From the NCBI GenBank assembly GCA_021404905.1, contig QWHN01000001.1, forward strand, positions 66,162 through 130,161: 64,000 nt of DNA, given 5' to 3'. The notes below the pieces were generated by a model that was given only the letters and a program-made list of their open reading frames with translations, was not told the origin of the DNA and did not search any database. Of the stretch, positions 17,640-26,984 are shown piece after piece (the stretch's first letter is position 1; each line of letters starts with the position of its first letter). The position numbers and the translations under genes are program-made. This DNA comes from Candidatus Saccharibacteria bacterium CPR2 (GTDB taxonomy: Bacteria; Patescibacteriota; Saccharimonadia; Saccharimonadales; QWHN01).

Positions 17640-18914
17640 ATGCATATATATTTCTCTGGAATAGGAGGAGTGGCTATAGGACCTCTGGCACTCTTTGCTA
17701 AAGATGCCGGTTTTGAAGTTAGCGGATCTGATATCGTACAAAGTCGATATACAAAAATTATTGAAAATGCTGGAATAAGAGTCGCTATAGGCCAAACTGG
17801 TCAAGAAATTGTTGATTTGCATGAAAAAAAACCAATCGATTGGTTAGTCGCAACAGCAGCGCTTCCAGAAAATCATCCTGAGATTAATTTTGCCCGGCAA
17901 AAAGGAATTCGGATCAGCAAACGCGACGAGTTTTTAAATTACGTAATTAAAGAAAAAACCTTAAAAATTCTAGCTGTCGCAGGAACGCATGGAAAAACTA
18001 CCACTACCGGTATGTTAATCTGGTTGTTTAAAGCTTTTGGTATTCCAGTAAGTTATACGATTGGTACAAACGTAAGTTTTGGCCCAAGCGGACAATATCA
18101 GAGTGGCAGTAATTGGTTTGTTTACGAAGCCGACGAATTTGACCGTAATTTTTTGCGGTTTCAACCTAAAGTCAGCGTAATTACCAAAGTGGATTATGAC
18201 CATCCAGACACATACGCCACGATTGAAGATTACAAAAATGCATTTATTGAGTTTATCAAGCAAAGTCAGGAAACTTACCTGTGGAAGAAAGATTGTGAAT
18301 ATCTGAATATTTCTCCAAGTCAGAAATTGCATTGCATTGACGATACTTCAGTATTAGATACTTTAAATCTCCCAGGAATACACAACCGCGAAAATGCCAT
18401 GTTAGCTTTTAATATATTTACAACATTATTTGCTGATATAAGTAAAGAAAAGATTCTGGGATCTCTAAACAATTTCCCTGGCACAGAGCGTCGTTTTGAA
18501 AAATTAGCTCAAAATATTTATACCGACTATGCTCATCACCCGACCGAAATTCGCGCAGCTTTGCAAACTGCCAGTGAAGTATCCAGTAGTATTCTTGTGG
18601 TGTATCAGCCCCACCAAAACAAACGCCAGGTACGTTTACAAGATGAATACCAAGATTGTTTTAATCTTGCCAAAAAGGTTTATTGGCTACCGACATACAT
18701 TAGCCGGGAAGTTGATAAAAATATACTTACGCAGGAACAACTAATTTCAAAACTCAGCAATTCAGGCAATGTCCAGCCCACTCAAATGAATGGTGCGCTG
18801 GCTAAATTAATTGTTAACCATCAAAAAAATGGAGACTTGGTTTTAATTCTTGGAGCTGGAGATGTCGATGATTGGATAAGAAAAGTTGTGAAAAATGAAG
18901 AAATTGCAAGTTAA
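17640..18914 (+). CDS. murC: UDP-N-acetylmuramate--L-alanine ligase (Mur ligase family)
   Basis: MHIYFSGIGGVAIGPLA N-terminal Rossmann motif and AGTHGKTTTTGM P-loop. The track ORF opens at TTG 17568. ATG 17640 matches the usual MurC N-terminus. Confidence 0.85.
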   Translation: MHIYFSGIGGVAIGPLALFAKDAGFEVSGSDIVQSRYTKIIENAGIRVAIGQTGQEIVDLHEKKPIDWLVATAALPENHPEINFARQKGIRISKRDEFLNYVIKEKTLKILAVAGTHGKTTTTGMLIWLFKAFGIPVSYTIGTNVSFGPSGQYQSGSNWFVYEADEFDRNFLRFQPKVSVITKVDYDHPDTYATIEDYKNAFIEFIKQSQETYLWKKDCEYLNISPSQKLHCIDDTSVLDTLNLPGIHNRENAMLAFNIFTTLFADISKEKILGSLNNFPGTERRFEKLAQNIYTDYAHHPTEIRAALQTASEVSSSILVVYQPHQNKRQVRLQDEYQDCFNLAKKVYWLPTYISREVDKNILTQEQLISKLSNSGNVQPTQMNGALAKLIVNHQKNGDLVLILGAGDVDDWIRKVVKNEEIAS

Positions 18915-19335
18915 AATAAAGCGCTTTGACCGTACATTACCACTTCCCACCAAGCAAACAAGCGGTGCGGCTTGTTTTGATCTTTACGCACGAGTTGATA
19001 CAAAAATACAACCAAAATCAGTTGGTTATATTCCACTGAATGTGGCAATTGAGGCACCGAAAGAACATTGGGTATTATTGGCTGCTCGTAGTTCTTTGCA
19101 TAAACGTGGATTACTCCCAGCAAACGGCATTGGAATTGTTGATGAAGACTTTAGTGGAGATGGTGATGAGTTTCAACTTATCGTATATAACTTTACAGAT
19201 GAACTTGTGACAATTGAACGTAATGCGCGAATAGCACAAGCAATGGTCATTCCAACTTTGGATGTAAAGATAATTGATGCAAAAAAGCTAAACCGGCCGA
19301 ATCGCGGTGGAATTGGAAGTACTGGAGTTAACTAA
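18895..19335 (+). CDS. dut: dUTP diphosphatase (trimeric dUTPase)
   Basis: AACFDLYA, RSSLHKRG, GIVDEDFSG and RGGIGSTG motifs. It overlaps the murC 3' end by 20 nt. Confidence 0.9.
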   Translation: MKKLQVKIKRFDRTLPLPTKQTSGAACFDLYARVDTKIQPKSVGYIPLNVAIEAPKEHWVLLAARSSLHKRGLLPANGIGIVDEDFSGDGDEFQLIVYNFTDELVTIERNARIAQAMVIPTLDVKIIDAKKLNRPNRGGIGSTGVN

Positions 19336-19406
19336 ACCAAATCAACAATCTTTTCTTCGGATTTATTTGATATAATCATACTGAGTTTCAAAGAAGCAAT
19401 ACGGAA

Positions 19407-20285
19407 ATGATAATTAATAAAATCTTAAATAATTTTGCTCAATTGATAGTAGACGAGCGTGGTTTTTTTGAAAAAATTTGGAATTGGCTGGAAACCAATG
19501 GCCTTAAAATTGCTCTCATAGTTGCCATTGCATATGCAGTAATTCGAATTGGCAGCAAGTTTTTAGGAAGAGTAATTTACCAGTTTGTTAAAATTCACCA
19601 CCGTCATGGAACTGAAAAAGATATCAGGCAGAGATCAGATACCTTAAATAGTATTGTTGGTACATCATTTACCGTAATAGTTTGGGCGATTGTTCTTATG
19701 GTGTCGCTCTCAGAGGTTGGGATAAATGTTGGACCGTTAATTGCTGGTGCTGGAGTAGTTGGACTGGCTATAGGGTTCGGAGCACAGACATTGGTAAGAG
19801 ACTTCATGACCGGTTTGTTTATAATCACCGAAAATCAATATAGAGTTGGCGATATAGTCAGACTTTATGCCATTGGAGGCGTAACGGTTGATGGTGTGGT
19901 TGAGGCAGTAACTATGCGGACAACGATCTTAAGAGACCTCGATGGCAACGTTCATCATTTCCCAAATGGTGAAATAAAAGTCTCGACAAACATGACTCTT
20001 GAACACTCTGCGGTAAATATTAATGTCAAAGTTGATTACAAGAGTGATATTAAAAAAGTTGAATCAGTTATAAACAAAGTTGGGATTGACCTGGCAAATA
20101 ATGAAAACTGGCATAAAAAAGTTATTGAAGCCCCTCATTTTGAGCGTATTGAAAATCTAGGTGACGGTGCGGTAGAGATAAAGATCTTGGGCAAAACCAA
20201 GCCAATGGCTCAATGGACAGTTGCCGGTGAGTTTCGTAAACGGCTGAAAATTGCCTTCGATGAAAATAAAATAAAGATTGTTTAG
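19407..20285 (+). CDS. mechanosensitive ion channel family protein (MscS-like)
   Basis: Three TM segments followed by GAQTLVRDFMTGLFIITENQYRVGDIV. Confidence 0.85.
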   Translation: MIINKILNNFAQLIVDERGFFEKIWNWLETNGLKIALIVAIAYAVIRIGSKFLGRVIYQFVKIHHRHGTEKDIRQRSDTLNSIVGTSFTVIVWAIVLMVSLSEVGINVGPLIAGAGVVGLAIGFGAQTLVRDFMTGLFIITENQYRVGDIVRLYAIGGVTVDGVVEAVTMRTTILRDLDGNVHHFPNGEIKVSTNMTLEHSAVNINVKVDYKSDIKKVESVINKVGIDLANNENWHKKVIEAPHFERIENLGDGAVEIKILGKTKPMAQWTVAGEFRKRLKIAFDENKIKIV

Positions 20286-20295
20286 AGAATCCACA

Positions 20296-20826
20296 CTATA
20301 GGTATTTTCCAGTGGGGACATCTTTGATGCGCGGATGATACTCTCCCACTGATTTTCTAAGTGTATAGTTGGCATAAAAGTTTGTAATCATGGAAACTAC
20401 AGTAGCCATTCCATAATTTCTGTTCACTTTATGTAAATCAGTTAAAAGCTTATCGCCCGTCTCTGGCTCCTGGACAGAGAAATTGTCCAATACACCAAAA
20501 TGAGTTCCGTAATTATTGATGTTCACCACTCTAGCTCGAAACTCATCATTATCATAATCCTCTGGCTCAGCAAGGATAAACCACGTATTTGCTCCCAAGT
20601 GATTAGGAGTTAATGGAGCTCCATACCACTTAACTTCCTGGCTTGAAGCAATACTCAGTGGATTCTTGGCCGTATATCTAAAGATATCCATTAACTCTTT
20701 TTTCACAATTGATGTGCGGTTAGAGTTTCTAACCCTCTCCACGAAATCCAACAATCGCTGACAACTTCTTTCTTCTGCAATATCATCGTGTAATTCAACG
20801 TATTCTGGAGATATTTCCTTGTTCAT
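20296..20826 (-). CDS. hypothetical protein
   Basis: 176-aa ORF with a 4-nt overlap on the upstream MBL-fold gene, so probably in the same operon. Confidence 0.55.
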   Translation of the reverse strand: MNKEISPEYVELHDDIAEERSCQRLLDFVERVRNSNRTSIVKKELMDIFRYTAKNPLSIASSQEVKWYGAPLTPNHLGANTWFILAEPEDYDNDEFRARVVNINNYGTHFGVLDNFSVQEPETGDKLLTDLHKVNRNYGMATVVSMITNFYANYTLRKSVGEYHPRIKDVPTGKYL

Positions 20827-21464
20827 AAATCAACCTTAACACCATCTATTAAATCCAAAAACTTAATACCCTTACTATTTAGAGTGCTTTGACAAGTATT
20901 GTAATACCATTTTTTAGCCTCGGAGTTAAGATGCCAGTCATGAATCGGCAACACAACCCTCGGTTTAAGTTCAACCGCCAATTTAACTGCATTGGTTAAC
21001 GACCCCCAGGGTGCGGTAATTGGCAGGGCAAGTATATCTTTTGTTTCATCAAAAGAATGACTATCCCCAGGATGGGTAAGCACATCCATAAAATGAAACC
21101 CTTTATTCTTAACCTCCTGGGTCCAGGGTGTTACCTCATGATTTGCTTTAAAAGGACGAAGGCAATCGCTTGATGTTCTAAGCCGTGCTTTTATGTTTGC
21201 TTTTTCTATCAAATTTAAAATAGTTTGATCGGCAACAATATGCATATCTGGAAATTTTCTTACAAGAAATTTAACAAAAGGCATATAAAAATGATCCTGA
21301 TGTTCATGTGTTATTACGAGTCTGTCAACAACAGGTAAAGCTTCAAAATCTATTCCCGACTTCCAGGAGAATATGCCCGGGTCAAACAAAGCTGTTCTTT
21401 CTTTTGTCTCAGCCAATATACACGAATGGGCAAATTTTGTAACACTTATACTCATATTTGACAT
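20823..21464 (-). CDS. MBL-fold metallo-hydrolase
   Basis: ITHEHQDH (HxHxDH) motif. Confidence 0.8.
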   Translation of the reverse strand: MSNMSISVTKFAHSCILAETKERTALFDPGIFSWKSGIDFEALPVVDRLVITHEHQDHFYMPFVKFLVRKFPDMHIVADQTILNLIEKANIKARLRTSSDCLRPFKANHEVTPWTQEVKNKGFHFMDVLTHPGDSHSFDETKDILALPITAPWGSLTNAVKLAVELKPRVVLPIHDWHLNSEAKKWYYNTCQSTLNSKGIKFLDLIDGVKVDL

Positions 21465-21561
21465 TATATCATCGTAGTTTTATTGAAATTATTTCTTAAC
21501 TCTTATTTAGTTAAGCAACCTATATGTTTCGTGCTATATTGTTAATGGTTGAGCTAAACTT

Positions 21562-22869
21562 ATGATCCATCATTTAAAAAGAGGTATTAAATACGGCAAA
21601 AGCATGGGCTTCAATTTTTGGAGTTTAGTAATTATCGCTATAACCACAGCAATATTTGGCTATTGGATTATTAGTACGCGAGCAGCCGACAAGCCATATG
21701 CGCTTGAAGCAGAAGATGGCCAATTAATAAGCAGCCAGGTCAAAAAAATATACGATTCAAAAGCATCCGGATCCAGCGCAATCGAGTTTTCTGATAGCAG
21801 TATTTCAACAGAGGGAACCAATAAAGCTGGGTGGAATATCTACGATTTTCAAACGGATAGCGATGTTATTAGAGCCTCAATTCGTAGACAAAAACCAGTC
21901 ATGGTCAGGTGGTTTTTTAGCCTTGACCGCTATGTAAGGGATGAGACTACATTTGATAAAAAATTACGTGACTATGACGGATATCTAAAAAGCACAAATT
22001 TTCAGGATTTTCTAAAGGCACTTAAAGAAAACCAAACAATCTTAATTGTGACAAATAGCATGAAGGATAAGTGGTACTCAGAGTATAGCGCCTGTGAGGG
22101 TTGTAATTACCCGGATATTGCAAAATATTCATCTTACATAGACAAGTTGGAGGCGACTCTTAAAGATGCTGGGATAAAAATAATATGGGAGCCATTTAAC
22201 GAGCCAGACTTAAGATGGGGAGCGTTGTATGCTACCTTGCCCACTGCCGGAGCAACTGAAAATTTTTCAACTCCTTGGGTTCCATTCCAGGATTTTACTA
22301 AGGGTTGGGCTAATTGGAGTGGAGGGTCAGGAGACCTGTGGGCACAAATGCATCAAATAACAACATTTACACAGGCAAGCGGAGGTATAGTTAGAAACTA
22401 TATCAACGAAGTACCGTTTACTGAACGCTGGAAACCATACAACAATCTAGTCTCGTCTACCAAATGGCGTGTCGCCACGGCGCCTTACATAAACCTGGCT
22501 AGCTTTCACTTATATAGAAACAATTATGATGGTTATGCACCTGGGGCTGTAACTGATTATATTAATGAAATAGCGAGCGAACTAGACAACTGGTCTCAAA
22601 TAAAAGGAGAGAGAATGAAATTTTATATAGGAGAAATTGGGCCAAATTCAGGAGTAAATAAAGGTATGATTAATGCGGATGAAGCAAAATTCCTCCGAGA
22701 TGTTCATAATGGGCTCATGAATGACTCGCGTGTAAAAAATGAATACATAGGAATGACAGCTCATGTTTTTGAAAACGGAGATAATGCCGCAAACGAGATA
22801 TCAATTTGGGAAACTAGAAAAGGTTGGTGGGATTCAACCTATGATATTAACGATATAGTATTGCCCTAA
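21562..22869 (+). CDS. secreted glycoside hydrolase, GH5-like (TIM barrel)
   Basis: N-terminal TM/signal segment. IIWEPFNEPD is the GH5 acid/base NEP motif, and FYIGEIG is a nucleophile-like Glu. Confidence 0.65.
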   Translation: MIHHLKRGIKYGKSMGFNFWSLVIIAITTAIFGYWIISTRAADKPYALEAEDGQLISSQVKKIYDSKASGSSAIEFSDSSISTEGTNKAGWNIYDFQTDSDVIRASIRRQKPVMVRWFFSLDRYVRDETTFDKKLRDYDGYLKSTNFQDFLKALKENQTILIVTNSMKDKWYSEYSACEGCNYPDIAKYSSYIDKLEATLKDAGIKIIWEPFNEPDLRWGALYATLPTAGATENFSTPWVPFQDFTKGWANWSGGSGDLWAQMHQITTFTQASGGIVRNYINEVPFTERWKPYNNLVSSTKWRVATAPYINLASFHLYRNNYDGYAPGAVTDYINEIASELDNWSQIKGERMKFYIGEIGPNSGVNKGMINADEAKFLRDVHNGLMNDSRVKNEYIGMTAHVFENGDNAANEISIWETRKGWWDSTYDINDIVLP

Positions 22870-22885
22870 AATAGAATAAAAATTT

Positions 22886-23437
22886 TTAAAAACCAAAGTT
22901 AGAATCGCTAATATCTGTTTCCAGACTCTCTTGTTGATCAAGCTCGCTAACCATTCCGTCAACATCTTTTATACTCTGGTCTACATCATCTCCGGTAGCA
23001 GCCTGACTGTCATTAGTTGTTTGTTCGTTAGATTGAGTGGCTACAGGAATTTGTTCTGCCGTTTCATTAGAAGCAACATAGGCAGCATATACTAAACCTA
23101 TCAATGCAAGCGCTATCATGAGTGTTATTATGACCGCGATTATAATATTTAAGTTGTATTTATGTTTTGGCTTTGCTTGCGAAACAACTGGTTGAGGTGA
23201 TGTGCTTTCATGATTTTGATCTGTACTCTCACCAGCAACATGTGTTTCATTGGAAGATGCGGCAGATTCAGTCTCTTGCGAACTAACAGATGTTTGGCTG
23301 TCTTGAGTTTCACTAACTTGCTGGGTCGTATTTGTATTTTCCGCTGAGGTATCTTCGGCATTGTTTGTTGGGTTTTGAGTATCTTCTTCAGTGGGTTGAA
23401 CTTGAGAGTCGCCCTCCTGGTTTTTTTGAGTATCCAT
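22886..23437 (-). CDS. low-complexity (T/S/Q/E-rich) membrane-anchored protein
   Basis: 183 aa with one TM segment (IIIAVIITLMIALALIGLVYAAYV). Confidence 0.55.
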   Translation of the reverse strand: MDTQKNQEGDSQVQPTEEDTQNPTNNAEDTSAENTNTTQQVSETQDSQTSVSSQETESAASSNETHVAGESTDQNHESTSPQPVVSQAKPKHKYNLNIIIAVIITLMIALALIGLVYAAYVASNETAEQIPVATQSNEQTTNDSQAATGDDVDQSIKDVDGMVSELDQQESLETDISDSNFGF

Positions 23438-23438
23438 T

Positions 23439-24140
23439 TTAACCTCCTACTGTGCCGCTAGTGTTAGTTGATTGTTCTGTTTGTTGATCTGAAGATTGTT
23501 TTTGCTTTTCAAGTTGAGATTTTATTTCCTGCAGATCTGGTTTAATCGTGTTGATTACAAACTCCTTAACTTTATTTATCGAGTCAATTAAAGATGCTCT
23601 GGCATTTCTGGCGGTTTCCAGTAGTTCATAAAATGAGCTTGGATTATCTTGGCAGCTGCTCTCAACCGCTGAATTTAATTTTTCCGTATAAATATCAAAA
23701 TTCGCATCAACTTCATTTAGCAGGGTTTTTAACTGCGCAATATCTGCTTCAAGTTTTGTGGTATCTATCCCCGCTTCTTTGACTCCTGGTAATAATTCCT
23801 CGACTTTTCCCGTGAGTCTCTCGTAAATCTTTTTTCTATTAGTTTTTATATTTTCAGCGCTGGTAGATACACCTTTCAGAATACCTTGAGCTGCCTGGCA
23901 TTTAGCCTTAATGCGCTTTTCTTTCGCCGCGTCAGTTTTGGCCTTTGCTTTTGCTTCCAGCTCCTTTAGACGCTCGGCTTTTTTAGCTTCATATTCTTTT
24001 TTCTTATCTTCCAGCGTTGTGTCTGTTGGTTTTGTTGTGGTTGATTCTTGCTCCGTATTTTCCTCAATTGCATAAACTGGTGCAATTACGACAGATGCAA
24101 GCACAACTAGAATTGCAATTATTCCTGCAACTCTTTTCAT
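23439..24140 (-). CDS. secreted coiled-coil protein
   Basis: Signal peptide (AGIIAILVVLASVVIAPVYA) followed by K/E-rich heptad-like sequence. Confidence 0.6.
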   Translation of the reverse strand: MKRVAGIIAILVVLASVVIAPVYAIEENTEQESTTTKPTDTTLEDKKKEYEAKKAERLKELEAKAKAKTDAAKEKRIKAKCQAAQGILKGVSTSAENIKTNRKKIYERLTGKVEELLPGVKEAGIDTTKLEADIAQLKTLLNEVDANFDIYTEKLNSAVESSCQDNPSSFYELLETARNARASLIDSINKVKEFVINTIKPDLQEIKSQLEKQKQSSDQQTEQSTNTSGTVGG

Positions 24141-24231
24141 AACTTAGTTCCTCCAAATTATTCATAATTAGATTGTAGCATAAGAATTTAAAGGGGGCTT
24201 TAATTTATACGATCATGCTATTATTTGTATT

Positions 24232-24483
24232 ATGAAAAAGGTTAATTCAAATCAACAAGGCATGGCCATTATTGGCCTTATTATAGTTTTGTGTATCCTG
24301 CTGTATGTGGGGTATCTCCTATATTCAAGGGTATACAAACCAAATGACAGCAACCCGACTAATCCAAGCAGTGTAATGGAAGATGCTCAGGATAATGTCG
24401 ACAAGGCAAATGATGCTTCAAACAAAGCGAAAAGCTTATATGATCAAACAAACGATGCCACAAATAACCTAAATTCACCCTAG
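24232..24483 (+). CDS. small membrane-anchored protein
   Basis: 83 aa with one TM segment. Confidence 0.5.
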   Translation: MKKVNSNQQGMAIIGLIIVLCILLYVGYLLYSRVYKPNDSNPTNPSSVMEDAQDNVDKANDASNKAKSLYDQTNDATNNLNSP

Positions 24484-24524
24484 GATTTACAATAACTTTA
24501 ATACTTATCAATTAAATGAATTTT

Positions 24525-25646
24525 TTAGGCTACCCAGTATCCGTTGGCAAATAACAAAATCGACCAACCAAGCAAAAATGCGCTTGAAACAATATAAAGA
24601 AGTCGAACTTGCTTTGGTGCTTCCTTATGGGCCAGTAATATCAGGCCCAAGAATAGTGGAGCAATTATGATCATATATCTTCCAAAGCTATCTACTCGGC
24701 CGCTAAAAAGTGAGAGCAATCCAAACAACAAACAATAAATAAAGTATGGTTTGTTTAGGTACTTCCAAACTCCTATCAGCCCAAAAACATAAACGGCGAT
24801 ATACCAAACATCAACTGGGGTGGCTGTCGAAATAAAGTTAGCAATAAAATTTCCTGAAAGTCTTCCCCATTCTCGCTGGGCCAAAATGAATTGAAAAGGT
24901 GTGCCAAACTTATTCCATAAAAACGCCATGTAAAAAATAATCCCACTGCTTCCGATTATTATCGGAATATAATTTCGCCATTGTCGTATCTTTCCGCTGA
25001 AAAATATATCAGCTGCAAAGTATGCTAAAAGTATCAGCCCATGGACTCTAGTTGCAGTCGCAAGCCCGGCGACCAGACCAGCTGCCAGGTAGCTGTCTTT
25101 TTTATAAAGATATATCGACCAGACCGACAAAAATAGAAACAAGCTTTCGGTGTAACCAAGTGCGAAATAAAAAGCAGTTGGGAATATCGCCAACAATCCC
25201 AGCAATTCCATCGCTGGGATTTTAATTTTTCTTTCGTTTAATTCAAGCTTGGCCCATTTGTATAAGACAATCACTGCGGCCACCAAAGCAGACCAACCAA
25301 CTGCCAAGCTAGCCCATTGGTATGACAAACCAGACACCGAATTTACCAATCTTATTAGCATCAAATACAGAGGGAAAAATGCCGTTGTTGCGGTTGAATA
25401 TCCATCGCGAGCAATATTTATATAATGCACGGTGTCATATCTTATTAGGCTCTCTTTTAAAGTTAGCACCCCTCTGGTTTTAAAAATTTCAGCGTTTGGC
25501 AAAAAGTCAAAAACAAGCCTGTTCGCATACGCCAACGCTGCAACGATAGTTGCTATATATAGCAATGCGGCTACACCCAAAAATATATTTGGGTGATCAG
25601 TAGAATATTTTTCAATAGTATTGAATGTGTTTTTCAGGTATTTCAC
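24525..25646 (-). CDS. polytopic GT-C-type glycosyltransferase-like membrane protein (PIG-V/DUF2029-like)
   Basis: About 10 TM segments and YDTVHYINIARDGY in the first loop. It is divergent from the GtrA and GT2 genes. Confidence 0.55.
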   Translation of the reverse strand: MKYLKNTFNTIEKYSTDHPNIFLGVAALLYIATIVAALAYANRLVFDFLPNAEIFKTRGVLTLKESLIRYDTVHYINIARDGYSTATTAFFPLYLMLIRLVNSVSGLSYQWASLAVGWSALVAAVIVLYKWAKLELNERKIKIPAMELLGLLAIFPTAFYFALGYTESLFLFLSVWSIYLYKKDSYLAAGLVAGLATATRVHGLILLAYFAADIFFSGKIRQWRNYIPIIIGSSGIIFYMAFLWNKFGTPFQFILAQREWGRLSGNFIANFISTATPVDVWYIAVYVFGLIGVWKYLNKPYFIYCLLFGLLSLFSGRVDSFGRYMIIIAPLFLGLILLAHKEAPKQVRLLYIVSSAFLLGWSILLFANGYWVA

Positions 25647-25756
25647 TTTAACCCATTTTATAAGTTATTGCCAATATATTATAGGCAAAACTTTGACACT
25701 TAAAGCTAATAGTCGTAATAATAGTCCGTAAGAGTTATTAAAACAGGGATATTTCT

Positions 25757-26209
25757 GTGGTAAAACAAATGGTCGGATTTTTATTGGTTGGGGTGATAAA
25801 TACAGGTATCGATTTTTTGTTTTTTAATTTTTTTATAGAAGTATTTGGCCTTCCTGTAATTGTTAGCAACGTATTATCTGTTTCTATTGCCATGGCTTTT
25901 AGTTTTACGATGAATCGACGTTTGGTTTTTAAGTCTAAAGGTCCGGGAATTTTTATTCAAACTATTAAATTTGTTGCCGTTACTGCCGTTGGAATTTATG
26001 TCATTCAAAATGTCATCTTGTTTGTTTTGCTTTCTGATTCTCCAATTGCTCTTCCTGAGCTAAATGATTACTTTGATATCAATGTAAGAGCAAATATAGC
26101 GAAGATTATAGCTACCGGCGCAACTATGGTTTGGAATTTTGTATTTTATAAATTTGTTGTATTTAAGGAAGAAGTAAATGCCGACCAAATCGCAAAAGAA
26201 AAATCTTAA
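25757..26209 (+). CDS. GtrA family membrane protein
   Basis: 150 aa, 4 TM segments, FLLVGVINTGIDFLFFNF.. and WNFVFYKFVVF. Confidence 0.75.
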   Translation: MVKQMVGFLLVGVINTGIDFLFFNFFIEVFGLPVIVSNVLSVSIAMAFSFTMNRRLVFKSKGPGIFIQTIKFVAVTAVGIYVIQNVILFVLLSDSPIALPELNDYFDINVRANIAKIIATGATMVWNFVFYKFVVFKEEVNADQIAKEKS

Positions 26210-26930
26210 ATATTCAATTGTGGTTCCTGCTTACCACGAGGAGCTAATTATAGAAAATTCTTTGCGTAAGTTATATTCTTTTCTTAAAGAAGAAGGTTTG
26301 TTTCATCAAACTGAAGTTGTAGTCGTAACCGCGGATTCCCCCGATAATACGTCTGAGATAGTGGCGCAAGAGATCAAACAGTTTAAGTATTTCAAGCATG
26401 TCAAACCAGGAATAAAAGTGGGCAAAGGTAGAGATGTGAAGACTGGCATTTTAGCTGCAAGCGGAGAATATGTTTTATTTATGGATGCGGATTTAGCGAC
26501 CCCTCTTAGATATGTCAAGCCAGCTTTTGCAAAGTTAGGAAAGCACGATTTAATCATTGGGCAAAGAGACCTAAAAATTATTCATAGTGATTTTCGGAAA
26601 TATATTTCAATTTTTTCGAACTTGCTTATTAGGATTACATTGCTTCCCGGTTTTCGGGATACGCAGTGTGGGTTTAAGGCGTTTCGAAGAGACGTTGCTA
26701 ATACTATCCTTGAAAAGTCCAAGATAGTCGGCTGGGGTTTTGACTTTGAGATATTAAAAATTGCAAAAATAAATAGTCTATCAATTAACACTTTAAAAAT
26801 TAATGGCTGGCATGATCCAAAAATCGAAGCAGGGTTAACCGGAGTAAGCCCAATTCATGCAAGTTTATCTACACTATTAGAGTTATTGATTGTGAAGTTA
26901 AACAGTATTAGGGGCGTCTATAAAATATAA
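26178..26930 (+). CDS. family 2 glycosyltransferase (polyprenyl-phosphate sugar synthase-like)
   Basis: YSIVVPAYHEE, DADL and QCGFKAF motifs. Confidence 0.85.
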   Translation: MPTKSQKKNLKYSIVVPAYHEELIIENSLRKLYSFLKEEGLFHQTEVVVVTADSPDNTSEIVAQEIKQFKYFKHVKPGIKVGKGRDVKTGILAASGEYVLFMDADLATPLRYVKPAFAKLGKHDLIIGQRDLKIIHSDFRKYISIFSNLLIRITLLPGFRDTQCGFKAFRRDVANTILEKSKIVGWGFDFEILKIAKINSLSINTLKINGWHDPKIEAGLTGVSPIHASLSTLLELLIVKLNSIRGVYKI

Positions 26931-26984
26931 CAATAAATTGTTGTAATTGAATAATTAGATTACACTAATCACGGTGATTGCAAT

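Noticed and set aside
24232-24483. Possible second type IV pilin-like protein (..NQQG|MAIIGLIIV..).
   Set aside because: It lacks Glu at +5 and the F/M-T-L-I-E pattern, so it is probably just a signal anchor.
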